A DNA stretch of 63,506 bases, the filler included. It is 6 parts of 6 records of this genome, joined end to end, with 100 filler letters (N's around TTAATTAATTAA, not from the genome) between each part and the next. Parts side by side here need not be neighbours in the genome. Positions count along the whole stretch, not along the records: positions 6,812 to 15,389 come from SRR2962707_1615; positions 15,490 to 25,037 come from SRR2962707_1616; 4 more parts are not named here. One strand, written 5' to 3'. Of the stretch, positions 7,638 to 18,900 are shown piece by piece; position 1 is the stretch's first letter, and each line of letters starts with the position of its first letter. The notes under the pieces were generated by a model. It had not been told where the DNA came from. It did no database searches and saw nothing but the letters and a program-made list of their open reading frames with translations. Position numbers and translations under genes: made by a program.

Positions 7638-8750
7638 CTATTGCAATATGCCGGTCTTGTAGAGCGCGATCCGCACGCCATTGTTGTCAACGCTCCCGCC
7701 AGGCTTTTCAAAACTCAGCCCCGTCGCCCGCGCCAGCGCCGGGTCTGCCGTCACCAGCCCCACGCGCCAGCCGGAAAACCGCGTGCGCAGCACCGTGCCC
7801 AGTGCGCCATAAAGCGGATAGAGCTTTTTCCGATCCCCGATGCGCAGGCCGTAGGGTGGATTGACGATCACCAGCCCCGCCGGTCCCTCGGGCCGCACCA
7901 GCGCGTCGATAGCGGTCTGCGCAAAGCGCGTGACCGAACTTACCCCCGCCCGCTCGGCATTGGCTAAACTCATCCGGATCGCACCGGCGTCCCTGTCGCT
8001 GCCGTAAAAAAGGAGAGACGATGTACTGCTGGTAGCTTGAGCCTTCATGGCAGCCCATGCGTTTGCATCAAAGCGTGCCAGATGCTCGAATGCAAAGCTG
8101 CGGACCCGCCCAGGCTTCAGCCCCAGCGCCATCTCGGCCGCCTCGATGACAAAGGTCCCTGATCCGCACATGGGATCCAGCACCGGCTCGCTGCCCTTGT
8201 ACCCGCATTCGCGCAGGAACAGCGCCGCCAGCGTCTCGCGCATCGGCGCCTTGTTGACCTCGAGTTTGTGCCCACGCCTGTGCAGGCCCTCACCGGAGGT
8301 ATCGACGCTGATCGTGCACATATCGTTTTCGATCCGCACCAGAACCCGCACCTGCGCCGCCTCCGAAATCGGCGCACCCAATTCCTCTGCGATCGCCGTC
8401 TCGATCCGCTGCGCGGCGGCACCGGAATGATAGATCTTCGATTTCCGGCAGCTTGCCTCCACCCTGACCGGCACGTCCTTGCGCAGCACCTCGCCCCACG
8501 CCACGGCCCGCGCCCGCTTGTCGAGCTGTGCCAGATGTGTCACGCGAAAACTGTCAATCCGCACCAACACCCGGCCGGCCCCGCGCAGCTCGAGATTGGC
8601 CCGCCAGACCTCGCGCCAGCCGCCCGAAATCTCAACGCCCCCGATCACCGGCCTGGGTTTGGAAAAACCAAGCTCGCGCGCTTCATCGCAAAGAGCCTTT
8701 TCAAGCCCGGGGGTCGCCACGAGAAAAATAGGGAAATGATCTTTGTCCAT
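7638..8750 (-). CDS. THUMP-domain RNA methyltransferase (RlmL-like)
   Basis: DTSGEGLHRRG, APMRETLAA, LDPMCGSGT and NPPYG motifs. Confidence 0.92.
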   Translation of the reverse strand: MDKDHFPIFLVATPGLEKALCDEARELGFSKPRPVIGGVEISGGWREVWRANLELRGAGRVLVRIDSFRVTHLAQLDKRARAVAWGEVLRKDVPVRVEASCRKSKIYHSGAAAQRIETAIAEELGAPISEAAQVRVLVRIENDMCTISVDTSGEGLHRRGHKLEVNKAPMRETLAALFLRECGYKGSEPVLDPMCGSGTFVIEAAEMALGLKPGRVRSFAFEHLARFDANAWAAMKAQATSSTSSLLFYGSDRDAGAIRMSLANAERAGVSSVTRFAQTAIDALVRPEGPAGLVIVNPPYGLRIGDRKKLYPLYGALGTVLRTRFSGWRVGLVTADPALARATGLSFEKPGGSVDNNGVRIALYKTGILQ

Positions 8751-8789
8751 GCCCCTCCATATCCGGGCGCAACCGCCGGCGCGACCAAA

Positions 8790-9869
8790 TTATCGCGAAC
8801 GCCGTGTCGTCCCATCGAACGGCCCGACAAGCAGGGCCTCCAGTGGCCCGCGCGGAAAATGCCGCCGCCAGATCACGGCGAACCCGACCGCGACCGCCGT
8901 CACGACGATGACCGACACCATCGCCTCCCCAACGCTTTCGCGGCGCAGAAGGTCGCCGAAGACATACAGCGCAACAAGATGAGCGACATAAAAACTGAGC
9001 GCCAACTGCCCAAGCGCGACCAACGGCCACAACATTCGGGGCCAGCGGTCGGCAACAATGAGCATGGCCCCGGTCACCGCGCTCGCCGTCCCAATCGATC
9101 CAACCACCCAAAGCGGCATCTGGCTGTGCGGCGCATCCGAAAGCAGCCGCCGCCAGTCCGCGACGCCATCCGGCGCCCCCAAAATCTGCAGTCCCATCGC
9201 GCCAGCGGCCGCCGCAATCACGGCAACCGCACCGCCCACCAGCAGCAATTGAAATTGCGTTTGCCCGGCCCGCAAATCCAGCCGCCCGACCCACATGCCC
9301 CACAGCAACGCCGGAGACCAGGTGAGCAAGGGATACGGCCCGGTCAAAAAGAGCCCGTCGATCACATCGAGCGGATTATCGCCGACCATGACGGTTTCAC
9401 GGCCCACCAGATCCGGCCACTGCGCCCGGATCGCAAAATAGAGCAGCGGCCCGCACACAGCCATGATGGCGGCGAGAATGCCCAGAAATCGGGAAGGGAG
9501 CGTCATCGCGACAATCCCGAGCACATAAAAGACCGCATAGTGATGCAGGATCACCGCAATCCCGTGATCCAGAGCCTGCAGGGTCAGCCCGAGCGGCAGA
9601 AAAACCAGGGCCATCCAGAAAAGCCTCAGCCTGGCGATGGCCAACCGCCCCGGGCGGGCCGAAAGCAGCGATATTCCGATCCCGGCAAGAAAGACGAACA
9701 GTATCGAGGCCCGGCCATGCGGCAGGTTGTAGAGAACTTCTGCAAGATTGGTTCGATCGCGCGGTCCCACATGGACCATCAGCATGCCGACCACTGCGAG
9801 CGCGCGTGCGGCGTCAATCCCGCCGATCCGCGCCCCGTCCTGTTCTCGTGGTTGTTCCTGGTCGTTCAT
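8790..9869 (-). CDS. DUF418 / HGSNAT-like multipass membrane protein
   Basis: RIGGIDAARALAVVGM, GRASILFVFLAG, VILHHYA, LGQLALSFYVAH, RGPLE. Confidence 0.85.
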   Translation of the reverse strand: MNDQEQPREQDGARIGGIDAARALAVVGMLMVHVGPRDRTNLAEVLYNLPHGRASILFVFLAGIGISLLSARPGRLAIARLRLFWMALVFLPLGLTLQALDHGIAVILHHYAVFYVLGIVAMTLPSRFLGILAAIMAVCGPLLYFAIRAQWPDLVGRETVMVGDNPLDVIDGLFLTGPYPLLTWSPALLWGMWVGRLDLRAGQTQFQLLLVGGAVAVIAAAAGAMGLQILGAPDGVADWRRLLSDAPHSQMPLWVVGSIGTASAVTGAMLIVADRWPRMLWPLVALGQLALSFYVAHLVALYVFGDLLRRESVGEAMVSVIVVTAVAVGFAVIWRRHFPRGPLEALLVGPFDGTTRRSR

Positions 9870-9885
9870 CGGTTCTCGTCCGCAC

Positions 9886-9915
9886 GAGAAAGGGGCGCCC
9901 TTTCGGACGCCCCTT
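9886..9915 (-). terminator. Rho-independent terminator
   Basis: Minus strand AAGGGGCGTCC-GAAA-GGGCGCCCCTT then TCTC, just downstream of the lipoprotein gene. Confidence 0.7.
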
Positions 9916-9941
9916 GTCAAAGCAAATTGTCGTTCCGGCTG

Positions 9942-10088
9942 TTACTGTGCCGCAGGATCGGCAGGAACGGCCGGATCAGTCGTCACCGCGGGATCAGCGG
10001 GCACGCCGCCATCCTCGGGAGGGGGCATGTCACAAGCCGCGACGGCCAGCATGAGCGGCAGAGCCAGAAGGGCAAGAAACTTACGCAT
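9942..10088 (-). CDS. Small Pro/Asp-rich lipoprotein (48 aa)
   Basis: MRKFLALLALPLMLAVAAC lipobox followed by DPA repeats; GGAG upstream. Confidence 0.75.
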   Translation of the reverse strand: MRKFLALLALPLMLAVAACDMPPPEDGGVPADPAVTTDPAVPADPAAQ

Positions 10089-10385
10089 TTTCGGTCTCCT
10101 TTTCATTCTCAAAGCAAAATGGCCGGTGGCAAGAATGGTTCCCATTGGGTACGGCCCACGGCCGGGCATTCTGAAGGCAGCATCGTTTTGACGCCTCTAA
10201 CAGTGAGAACCAACGATGACAAAAATGTGATCGACGGGAATCGCCCGCCAAATCAACCAATTACCTTGAAAGGCCCGTGGCGCGCGCATGCACGACTCGA
10301 CTAATAGTGGCATTGAAAAGGCAAATCTTGCGGCAGCATTTGCCAATCGTTCCCCTCATGCCGCGGTCCCTTCGAGTTTCCCGCT

Positions 10386-11585
10386 ATGATCGACTCTCCG
10401 TCCGACCCGACCAAGACACAGTCGGGAAACCTGTTTCAGCCGATTTTCTCGGGCCTTCTTGCGTCGCTGGTGGGCTTTGCGAGTTCGTTCGCCATCATCT
10501 TGCAAGGCTTTGATGCTGTAGGCGCCACCCAGGCCCAGGCCGCTTCGGGGCTTTTTGCTCTTTGCCTGGGCATGGCTCTGGTCGGAATCGGCATGAGCTA
10601 CATTACAAAAATGCCACTCTCGATTGCCTGGTCGACACCCGGCGCGGCGCTGCTCATCACAACGGGCGCCGTCCATGGCGGTTTCCCCGCAGCCGTCGGA
10701 GCTTTCATGGTTGCCGCCGCCCTGGTCGTCGTGGCAGGATTCTGGCGCCCGTTCGGACGAGCCGTGGCAGCAATCCCGATGCCTCTTGCCAGCGCCATGC
10801 TGGCCGGAATCCTGTTCAACCTCTGCCTGGCTCCGGTCAGGGCCGTCGCCGAACTTCCCACATTGGCGCTGCCCATAGTTCTGGCGTGGGCGGTTTGCTT
10901 GCGCTTTGCACGCATCTGGGCCGTTCCCGCTGCCGTTGCCGTCAGTGCGGTGATGATTGCAGCATCGACCGAACTCCCCGCGGACCTCTTCGCCAATGCA
11001 TGGCCAGCGCCCGTCCTGGTTGTCCCCACCCTCAATCTCGATGCGATAATCGGCATCGCATTGCCTTTGTTCGTCGTAACAATGGCCTCACAGAACATTC
11101 CCGGTCTGGCCGTTTTGCGGTCCAACAGATATCAGCCGGACGTCAAACCGATCTTTGTTTCGACCGGCATCGTCAGTGCCGTTGGCGCGCTGCTCGGCGG
11201 CCAACTCATAAACCTGGCCGCCATCACCGCCGCTCTGTGCGCCGGGCCGGAGGCCCATCCCGATAAGACCAAGCGCTACATCGCGGCCATTACCGCGGGC
11301 CTCGCCTATATCCTGTTCGCCCTGGGCGCCGGTGTTGCTGCGGCCTTCATTTCTGCCGCGCCGCCAATCCTGATCGAGGCCGTTGCCGGATTGGCCCTGA
11401 TCGGCGCCCTCGCCAACGCGCTCGTCGGTTCGGTGGCCGATGAGGAGTTCCGGCTGCCGGCAATTCTGACCTTCGTAACCGCCGCCTCGGGGCTCACCCT
11501 GTTTGGTGTAGGCGCCGCTTTTTGGGGGCTGATCGTCGGAGGAGCGCTGCATGCGCTCCTGAAAACAAAAAAGGCGGCCAGTTAG
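10386..11585 (+). CDS. benE: Benzoate:H+ symporter BenE family transporter
   Basis: AWSTPGAALL, VTMASQNIPG, NLAAITAALC, GAAFWGL. Confidence 0.93.
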   Translation: MIDSPSDPTKTQSGNLFQPIFSGLLASLVGFASSFAIILQGFDAVGATQAQAASGLFALCLGMALVGIGMSYITKMPLSIAWSTPGAALLITTGAVHGGFPAAVGAFMVAAALVVVAGFWRPFGRAVAAIPMPLASAMLAGILFNLCLAPVRAVAELPTLALPIVLAWAVCLRFARIWAVPAAVAVSAVMIAASTELPADLFANAWPAPVLVVPTLNLDAIIGIALPLFVVTMASQNIPGLAVLRSNRYQPDVKPIFVSTGIVSAVGALLGGQLINLAAITAALCAGPEAHPDKTKRYIAAITAGLAYILFALGAGVAAAFISAAPPILIEAVAGLALIGALANALVGSVADEEFRLPAILTFVTAASGLTLFGVGAAFWGLIVGGALHALLKTKKAAS

Positions 11586-11594
11586 GCCGCCCTT
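11562..11594 (-). terminator. Terminator hairpin between convergent benE and OMP genes
   Basis: GGCGGCC-AGTTA-GGCCGCC with a T-tract on the minus strand. Confidence 0.7.
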
Positions 11595-11615
11595 GAAACA
11601 ATTATCTTCGCAAGC

Positions 11616-12338
11616 CTAGAAGCGATAGCGCAACGTGGCACGCAACTCGTGAACCAGGGTATCATCGAGCACATAACGGGGCGTCTCGTTGTTGTTCTCG
11701 ATGCTGGCTATGTAAAGCGCGCGGTATCCCAAGTCTGCAACGATGGATCCGAAATCATAGCCGACGCCCGCCATACCTGCTGCTGCGAGACTGGTATTGC
11801 TGCCCCAGGGCCCGAAGGTGCCATCGGAAACACGTGAATCGTTGAATGCCACGCCGACGCCCGCGCCGACATAGCCGAACGTGCCGCCTGCTGCGCTGAG
11901 GCCCATGCCTTCCAGTCCAAAGTCATAGTAGGCATTGGCCAACACGATGGTCGAGCGCAACTCCAGCGTATGATCAACGCCGCCAACATCGGCGGTCATG
12001 TCGTTGTTGCCAAGATAGTCGACCGTCGTATCGAAGCGCAAACCCGTGCCAGTCTCATAGCCGGCACCGATGCCCGCGCTATAACCCCAGCCGCCATCGG
12101 TGATTGAAAAGATATCACCGGCATCAGGGTGCCGCGCCTGACGAGACCAGGCATAATTTCCCGCCACGCTGCCGCGCAGGTAGAACGAGCCTTTGAGGCC
12201 CTCATCGACCGGCGGGACGTAAGGTGGGACATAGTCCTTATAGACAGGATAATCGAAAGTTACAGGATCAGCGGCCATGGCCGCCGTCGATACGAGCGCT
12301 GTTGCCCCAAGGACAACCGATGCGACCAGCTTTTTCAT
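11616..12338 (-). CDS. Outer-membrane beta-barrel protein (Omp25/opacity-like)
   Basis: Signal peptide, amphipathic strands (YVGAGVG, DLGYR) and C-terminal LRYRF. Confidence 0.88.
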   Translation of the reverse strand: MKKLVASVVLGATALVSTAAMAADPVTFDYPVYKDYVPPYVPPVDEGLKGSFYLRGSVAGNYAWSRQARHPDAGDIFSITDGGWGYSAGIGAGYETGTGLRFDTTVDYLGNNDMTADVGGVDHTLELRSTIVLANAYYDFGLEGMGLSAAGGTFGYVGAGVGVAFNDSRVSDGTFGPWGSNTSLAAAGMAGVGYDFGSIVADLGYRALYIASIENNNETPRYVLDDTLVHELRATLRYRF

Positions 12339-12441
12339 AGGCGTAAGTTCCCCAAGCCATAAATCCCTAAGAATTACGGGGAATTTAGAGGAACTTTCTT
12401 AAAGCGCGCTTAACCGTACAGTTTAACCGTAGCCACCGAAA

Positions 12442-13785
12442 TCAGGCGACCTTTCCGATGGCGTCCGCAATCTCATTGACGACCTGGGAGACCAGGGCAG
12501 CGTCGTCGCCCTCCCCCATCACCCGAATGACCGGCTCGGTGCCCGACTCGCGGATGATGAGACGCCCGGTTTCGCCGAGCCGGATCTCGGCATCTGCAAT
12601 CAAGGCCCGGACAGATTTGTCATCGAGCGGCTTGCCGCGCTTGTAGCGTACGTTCTGCAGCAGCTGCGGCACGGGATCGAAACGGTGGCAGACTTCGGAA
12701 ACCGGCTTGCCTTCCTGCTTGACCACTGAAAGCAGTTGCAATGCCGCGACCAGCCCGTCACCCGTCGTCGTGAAATCGGAAAGAATGATGTGGCCCGATT
12801 GTTCGCCGCCCACATTAAAGCCCTTGCCGCGCATGGCTTCGAGCACATAGCGGTCGCCGACCTTGGTGCGCTCGAGCAGCAGGCCCTGCGCTTCAAGATA
12901 CCGCTGCAGCCCCAGGTTGGACATCACGGTGGCGACAATCCCGCCGCCCACAAGCTGTCCGCGCTGATGCCATGAGGTACCGATAACGGCCATCACCTGG
13001 TCGCCATCGACCATATTGCCCTTTTCGTCGACGATCAGCACGCGGTCGGCATCGCCGTCCAGCGCAATGCCGATATCGGCCCGCAATTCCCTGACCTTTT
13101 CGATCAGCGCGCCCGGCGCCGTCGAGCCACACCCCTCATTGATGTTGTAGCCATCGGGCGAAATGCCGATGGATATGACTTCCGCGCCAAGCTCCCAAAG
13201 CACTTCGGGAGCGGTTTTGTATGCGGCGCCATTTGCACAATCGACAACAACCCGCAGCCCGGTGAAATCCATATCGCGCGGCAGTGTACGCTTGGCATAC
13301 TCCACGTAGCGCGTGCGGGCTTCATCGACACGGCGAGCCCGGCCAACCCTTGTGCCCCGCGCCAGGCGCGGCGTCAGGTCGGAATCGATAAGATTTTCGA
13401 TCTCGGCTTCGAAACTGTCGGAAAGCTTGTACCCGTCAGGCTTGAAAAGCTTGATGCCGTTGTCATCGAACGGGTTGTGGGACGCCGAGATCATGACGCC
13501 GACGTCAGCCCGCAATGACCGGGTGAGCATGGCCACGGCCGGGGTCGGCATGGGACCGAGCAGCAGAACATCCATGCCCACGGCGGTAAACCCGGCAGTC
13601 AGCGCGTTCTCGATCATGTATCCCGACCGGCGCGTATCCTTGCCGATCACTACCCGGTGGGCGTAATCGCCGCGCGTGAACGCCAGCCCGGTGGCCATGC
13701 CGACTTTGAGCGCCAGTTCGGGGGTCAGCTTGGGACCATTGGCCAGACCGCGAATGCCGTCGGTGCCGAAATATTTGCGAGCCAT
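12442..13785 (-). CDS. glmM: Phosphoglucosamine mutase
   Basis: [33 protein letters not shown]. Confidence 0.97.
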   Translation of the reverse strand: MARKYFGTDGIRGLANGPKLTPELALKVGMATGLAFTRGDYAHRVVIGKDTRRSGYMIENALTAGFTAVGMDVLLLGPMPTPAVAMLTRSLRADVGVMISASHNPFDDNGIKLFKPDGYKLSDSFEAEIENLIDSDLTPRLARGTRVGRARRVDEARTRYVEYAKRTLPRDMDFTGLRVVVDCANGAAYKTAPEVLWELGAEVISIGISPDGYNINEGCGSTAPGALIEKVRELRADIGIALDGDADRVLIVDEKGNMVDGDQVMAVIGTSWHQRGQLVGGGIVATVMSNLGLQRYLEAQGLLLERTKVGDRYVLEAMRGKGFNVGGEQSGHIILSDFTTTGDGLVAALQLLSVVKQEGKPVSEVCHRFDPVPQLLQNVRYKRGKPLDDKSVRALIADAEIRLGETGRLIIRESGTEPVIRVMGEGDDAALVSQVVNEIADAIGKVA

Positions 13786-13880
13786 GGGGAATGTTCCGAT
13801 TGTTCAGCAGCGCATCAAACTATACCGCACCTGGCGCAAAAAAAAGGCAAACACGCTTACGGGGTAAATATAACTGAAGG

Positions 13881-14732
13881 TCAGTCGCGCTTTTCGAGAG
13901 CCAGGAAGCGGTATGTATTGACAGTGGCGAAGGCTTCCGGTGAGCGATAATCTGCCTTGAGCCGGGCCACGATATTTTCCCGCTCCGATTTCGGCACGAA
14001 CAGGCCATAGGCCATCTTGAGAAACCAGTAAAGAATCGGACGCTTGTTCGAGAGCAGCCCGCGCACCTGATCGACGGTCGGCGCGACAAACCCGCGATAG
14101 ACGTTCTGGTCGATAGCCATGGTCTGCGCGGCGGCAAGGGTCACGTCCTCGTTCTCGACAATCGTAAATCCGGCCCGTTCCACAGCGACGGTAAACTCCG
14201 AATACCGGTGCCCGCCACCAGGCTGCCTGTCCCCCTGATAGGCGTCGGCGCGGAAACAGTCTGCGATTATGACCCGGCCGTTGGGCGCGAGGATATGTTT
14301 GAGCTTGGCCAGGCTGGTTTCGAGGTCCACGTACTGGAAGCTCTCGGAAAACATACAAACATCGAAGGGACCGTCGCCGGAAAAGTCCTCGAATTTTGTC
14401 TCATGCACACGCGCATTGGGGCCGAGCTTTTCAGCGGCCACTTCGGCCTGAAGATGGCTTGGGGTGATCATTTCGACGGTATAGCCCTTGTCGAGCAGCA
14501 GCTTTGCCATTTCACCGGTGCCACCGCCGATGTCGAGAAGCCGGCCCGGGGCGGGTGGGATCAGGGCGAGGAGCTTATCGACATAACGCTCCTGGGCCAT
14601 GCGGAGCTGGGGGATGTTGGGGCGCTCGCCGGGTTCCCAAAGACCGTAGTGCAGCCATGGACTGTCGGCAAAGGTTTTGGCGACATAGACATAAAGGTCC
14701 AGTCCTTCGGTCTTGGTATCGATCTTGGCCAC
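13881..14732 (-). CDS. Class I SAM-dependent methyltransferase
   Basis: LHYGLW, LDIGGGTG, FSESFQY; GTG start. Confidence 0.88.
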   Translation of the reverse strand: MAKIDTKTEGLDLYVYVAKTFADSPWLHYGLWEPGERPNIPQLRMAQERYVDKLLALIPPAPGRLLDIGGGTGEMAKLLLDKGYTVEMITPSHLQAEVAAEKLGPNARVHETKFEDFSGDGPFDVCMFSESFQYVDLETSLAKLKHILAPNGRVIIADCFRADAYQGDRQPGGGHRYSEFTVAVERAGFTIVENEDVTLAAAQTMAIDQNVYRGFVAPTVDQVRGLLSNKRPILYWFLKMAYGLFVPKSERENIVARLKADYRSPEAFATVNTYRFLALEKRD

Positions 14733-14836
14733 GCAGCTTCTCCATCAAAGATGCTTCTGGGTAGCCAACAGCATGCCCCATGACAAGAGGCGCTGACCAA
14801 AGCCGCGCCCCTTATGGCCTCATCAATGAAAAAACC

Positions 14837-15389
14837 TCAGAAATCCTCCCACTCCGCGTTGATCGCCGCGTTGCCATCCACCTGATAGGCACGCCGCGAC
14901 GCCGCAACGGTCGGGCGCGCTACCGGCGCAGGCTCCTGGTCGGTCACGGTAAACACCGCGGTGATCCTGTCGAGTTCGACGGCCTGGCCCTCGGTCTGCT
15001 CGACCGCCGCGTTGGTCTGTTCGACCAGAGCCGCGTTGTGCTGGGTCATCTCGTCCATCTGACGGACAGCACCGTTGACCTCCTCGATGGCCGAGGATTG
15101 CTCGGAAGCCGCCTTGGCGATGGTTTCAATAACGGCGGAGCTTTCTTCGGCGCCCTGCAGGATTTCGAGCAGCCGGGCGGCAGCCTGCTCGACGAGCCGG
15201 GAGCCCCCGGCCACTTCCGAGGCGCTGGTTTCAATGAGCGCCTTGACCTCGGACGATGCATCGGCTGCCGACTGGGCCAGCCGGCGGACTTCGATGGCCA
15301 CGACGGCAAAGCCCTTGCCAGCTTCCCCCGCTCGCGCCGCTTCCACCGAAGCGTTGAGCGCCAGAAGATTGGTCTGGAAGGCGATATCG
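14837..15389 (-). CDS. Methyl-accepting chemotaxis protein, C-terminal signalling domain (truncated)
   Basis: [38 protein letters not shown]. Confidence 0.95.
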
Positions 15390-15489
15390 NNNNNNNNNNN
15401 NNNNNNNNNNNNNNNNNNNNNNNNNNNNNNNNNTTAATTAATTAANNNNNNNNNNNNNNNNNNNNNNNNNNNNNNNNNNNNNNNNNNNN
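15390..15489. other. Artificial contig spacer
   Basis: N44-TTAATTAATTAA-N44. Confidence 0.99.
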
Positions 15490-15640
15490 TTTTGCTTTGG
15501 TTTTTGCTTTGGTTTTTGCGTTGGTTTTGCTTTGGTTTTGCTTTGGTTTTTGCTTTGGCTTTTTGCTTTGGTGTCTGCTTTGGTTTTTGCTTTGGTGTTT
15601 GCTTTGGTTTTTGCTTTGGTTTGGTTTCCTTTTGCTTGGC
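15490..15640 (+). repeat. Degenerate 12-bp tandem repeat (TTTTGCTTTGGT)n
   Basis: Directly visible at the contig start. Confidence 0.9.
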
Positions 15641-15992
15641 TTGGTATTTTTTTGTTGGTTTCGTTTGCGTTTGGTGTGCATTGGTTTGCATTGCTCGAGT
15701 GGAGCAGGCAGCGCTATCGCGAACCCGCTTTGTTGATTTCTGAACTTTGAATTGGTCCGCAGGTTTTGACGTGGGTCGAGTGGCTGGCGACGCTCTTCGT
15801 CAAGCCGAACGATCACAACGGAAGCAGTCCTCGCTCACTCTCGCTCTCCTCACTCACTCTGCGTCGCTGTGCCTCGCTGTTGCTTCCACTCAGCCGATTC
15901 TAATCAGCAAGGGCATCTCTGACACTCACGCAAGTCATTTCATTTCAATCCAATCACAATCCAATCAGCACAATAATCGCAAAACCTCGCCA

Positions 15993-18900
15993 ATGAACTC
16001 TTTCGGACACCAGTTCTTCAACCAGGAGAATGAAGTGGTGGCTTCGCACCCGCTGGTGAGTGGCAGTCGCCGGCCTGTAGCAGAAACGCTGCAGTTCTCG
16101 AAAGACGGATACTCGAGAGATGAGGCGAGGGACTACACCACTGCTTGGACCAACCCAACACCCTTTGAGCTGCATAACTATGATCATCAACGTCAAGAGT
16201 CTCAACATCCGCACCAGCAGCGAAGTGACGGCGACAGCAGCAACGATGCCGAGTCGGACTCTCGGCGCCATGTCCGGTTCGTTGGGACGAACCTCTCTAG
16301 CGCGTATAGACCATCGGACGCCCCATCGTATCGAATGCACGGGGCAGCCGATCAGCGTAGACACAGAGTCGAAGATCGTGCAGGCAGCGATGAGCATTTG
16401 GCGAGAGGTGGCCGCGCCAATGATGCTAAAATCAACAGCAACTCCGTGCCGCAAAGGTCCAGCCGCAATGGACATGGACGTGCGCGCAGGGGGCGAGGAA
16501 GAGGCGCTGGTCGGCGCGGGAGAGCTGTGGGCGCTGGACGGCGAGGACGGGGTAGCAGCAGCAGTGGCAGTAGTAGACGCAGGGCCATCCCACCGCCGTC
16601 TGTGCGGAAAGAGCAAGCACTCGCGAAGAGACGAGAGGAGGGATGGAACTCGCGATTTGCTGTGCCAGGGGCGGATGATCCAGATGGGTAAGGCCTGCAA
16701 TTTCCGCTCTCCGTTGTGGGGTAATTGGTATGCTAAGAAGCTGGCAGTGTTTGCAGCGGCTGTGTTTAACTTGCTGTCCGTTTGGTCGTGTTGCGCCAGC
16801 CCTGATGTCACCGTCGCGAACCGTGACCGGCGTGGGTTTTTTGACCAGGGAAACATTCGAAAAGACGAAGTTTTTCGGATCACAGACCAAGACACCCGCA
16901 GCCGCGCGGTGCGTCACTCACACTCAGCCGAATATTTTGCCGAACACAACGAATCGGGGATGCTTGTGGTTGGCTTGCAGGCCTTTTGGCATATGCTGTT
17001 TCACATTATGTCGCTTCTGTTTTACCGGCAGGCCGCGCTGCAGGAGAAGCGGGAGCGAGCCGTTGTTCGCAGACTCGCACGGCGAGCCAAACTCGAAGTC
17101 TTCATGCAAGAGGTGTGAACGGAAAGTGATGGGCGAAGAACATTGTGGCGTTGAAATATTTTTTCTTTACTTTTGGTGTTGCACTCTGCTGTGCGGATTC
17201 ATTTTGGTACAGACTGACCGGGAGCGCGCGCGTGTTCATCGTCAGACGGAAGAGCGAGCTGTGCATGGAGTTCCTGCGTATGTCGCCCGCACTGGTTGCT
17301 TCGCCGTATGTGTGGGCTATTTGAACACACATCAGCAAAGGAATACGAAGAGGCAGCATGAATCAGGGCGTCTTTTTTGTTTGATTTGAGTAGGTACATG
17401 CAACCCACTTTTGCTTCGATCGTACGAGAGGTTGATGAGCAGAAAAGAAGGTCAGCTCGTGCAGAAGCTGCCAGCCGCGGGTGCGCCTGTCTGCCTTCAC
17501 TTGTGCTCGTGTTTCTGCTGACTTCTGAATGAATCAAAGTTCACAAAGCGCGATGCTCATGTCTGGATAGGCCCGTTGCTTCGGAGGGAGCCGCGTATTT
17601 GCAGCCAACATTTGCCTCTCGCGAACGAAACCTGCAGCGTGGGACAGCGTTGACGAGAGGACTCGGCCGAGGACATGCCGATACTACTCGTGGTCGCACA
17701 CAGAATCACCAAGCTCGCATTCGTGAGGTGCGGGCGCTTAAAAATTGAGTTGGGCGTGATGCGTGTTTTGACCAAAAAAACAAGAATAACAATGACATTG
17801 TGTTTGTTGGCGGGGTCACATTGCAGGCTACCAAGTTGGCTCAATTCCGTGAAAATTTCGAACGCGCAGAGCAATACGTTGCGGAAAGCGTTGCACTTCA
17901 TCATGAACTCGCAGACAATCGACTTCAAATTGACACGTCACCTCGAAACACCAAGGCTCGTGCCAGCGCCGCTTTTTAAAAATCTGGCTTTTGCGGCTGA
18001 TATACTGCCGTGCTGGACCTCTAACCCTGAATTTTTACCAACGTGCCACTTGGCAGAATCCAAATTCGTCGCGTTTTGACCGAAAGTATTACCGGCGTCA
18101 TGAAGCGGCAAGTGATCCTGTCGAACTTGCGAAAAAGAAGCTGGAGGCAGCTTGCTACGGCTACGGCCGTAACTGGAGCCGGCTCTTTCAGGCATTGGAC
18201 GCTGACGGAAGTGGAAGCTTGGATGCTGAGGAGTTTCGCCTTGGCCTCCGTCGCGTCGCACGAGTGCCTCGAAGTCAATTAAGCGATCGCGACATCAGGC
18301 ATCTCTTTACGGCCATTGATGCGTCGAGCAATGGGCGGATGGAGGCGACGGAATTTGTTGAGTTCATGAACTTACAGATGACACCGTCTTGGGAAATTGT
18401 GCAGCAACGTGAGCGAGAACAAAAGCTCGTGGTCGAAAGTGGTGTAAAATTGCAACAAGCTGAGTCCACGACTGAGAGCGACAGCGAAGAACAATTCCGC
18501 CTTCATCACAGCCCACAGACGCCTCAACCGAGGAAACACGACAGATTGGGTATGCAACCTCAGCCGCAGTACCCTCTAGCTTTCACCGCACCCGACGAGG
18601 TGAGCTCGATGCACGACCTGCAATATTCTGCAACAGGGCAGTCTCGTTGGTGCGTTGTAATGATTAGCGTGTGATACTGAATGTGCTTGCTTTTTTCGTG
18701 CTAATAGGACCAGGCACGAATGATTCAAGAAAATGCTGTCGCACTTGGAAGTGGTTCGTTTCAATCATTATGACTGTTTCAGGATGTTTCGGAATGCCTA
18801 CACTCACGATGAATGTTGCTTGTTTTCTCAAAATGACGAATTGGTGTGTGGCTTCAGGTGTTCCTCCTGGGAGCGATCCGTGCTGTGATCTTTTGAGTCC

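Noticed and set aside
8268-10304. 678-aa plus-strand ORF
   Set aside because: Antisense shadow of the THUMP, DUF418 and lipoprotein genes in GC-rich DNA; Arg/Pro/His-rich with no motifs.
15490-15640. T/G-rich tandem repeat as a telomere, CRISPR array or KPKQ-repeat protein
   Set aside because: Wrong strand orientation for a 5' telomere, no unique spacers, and the ORFs are low-complexity artefacts.
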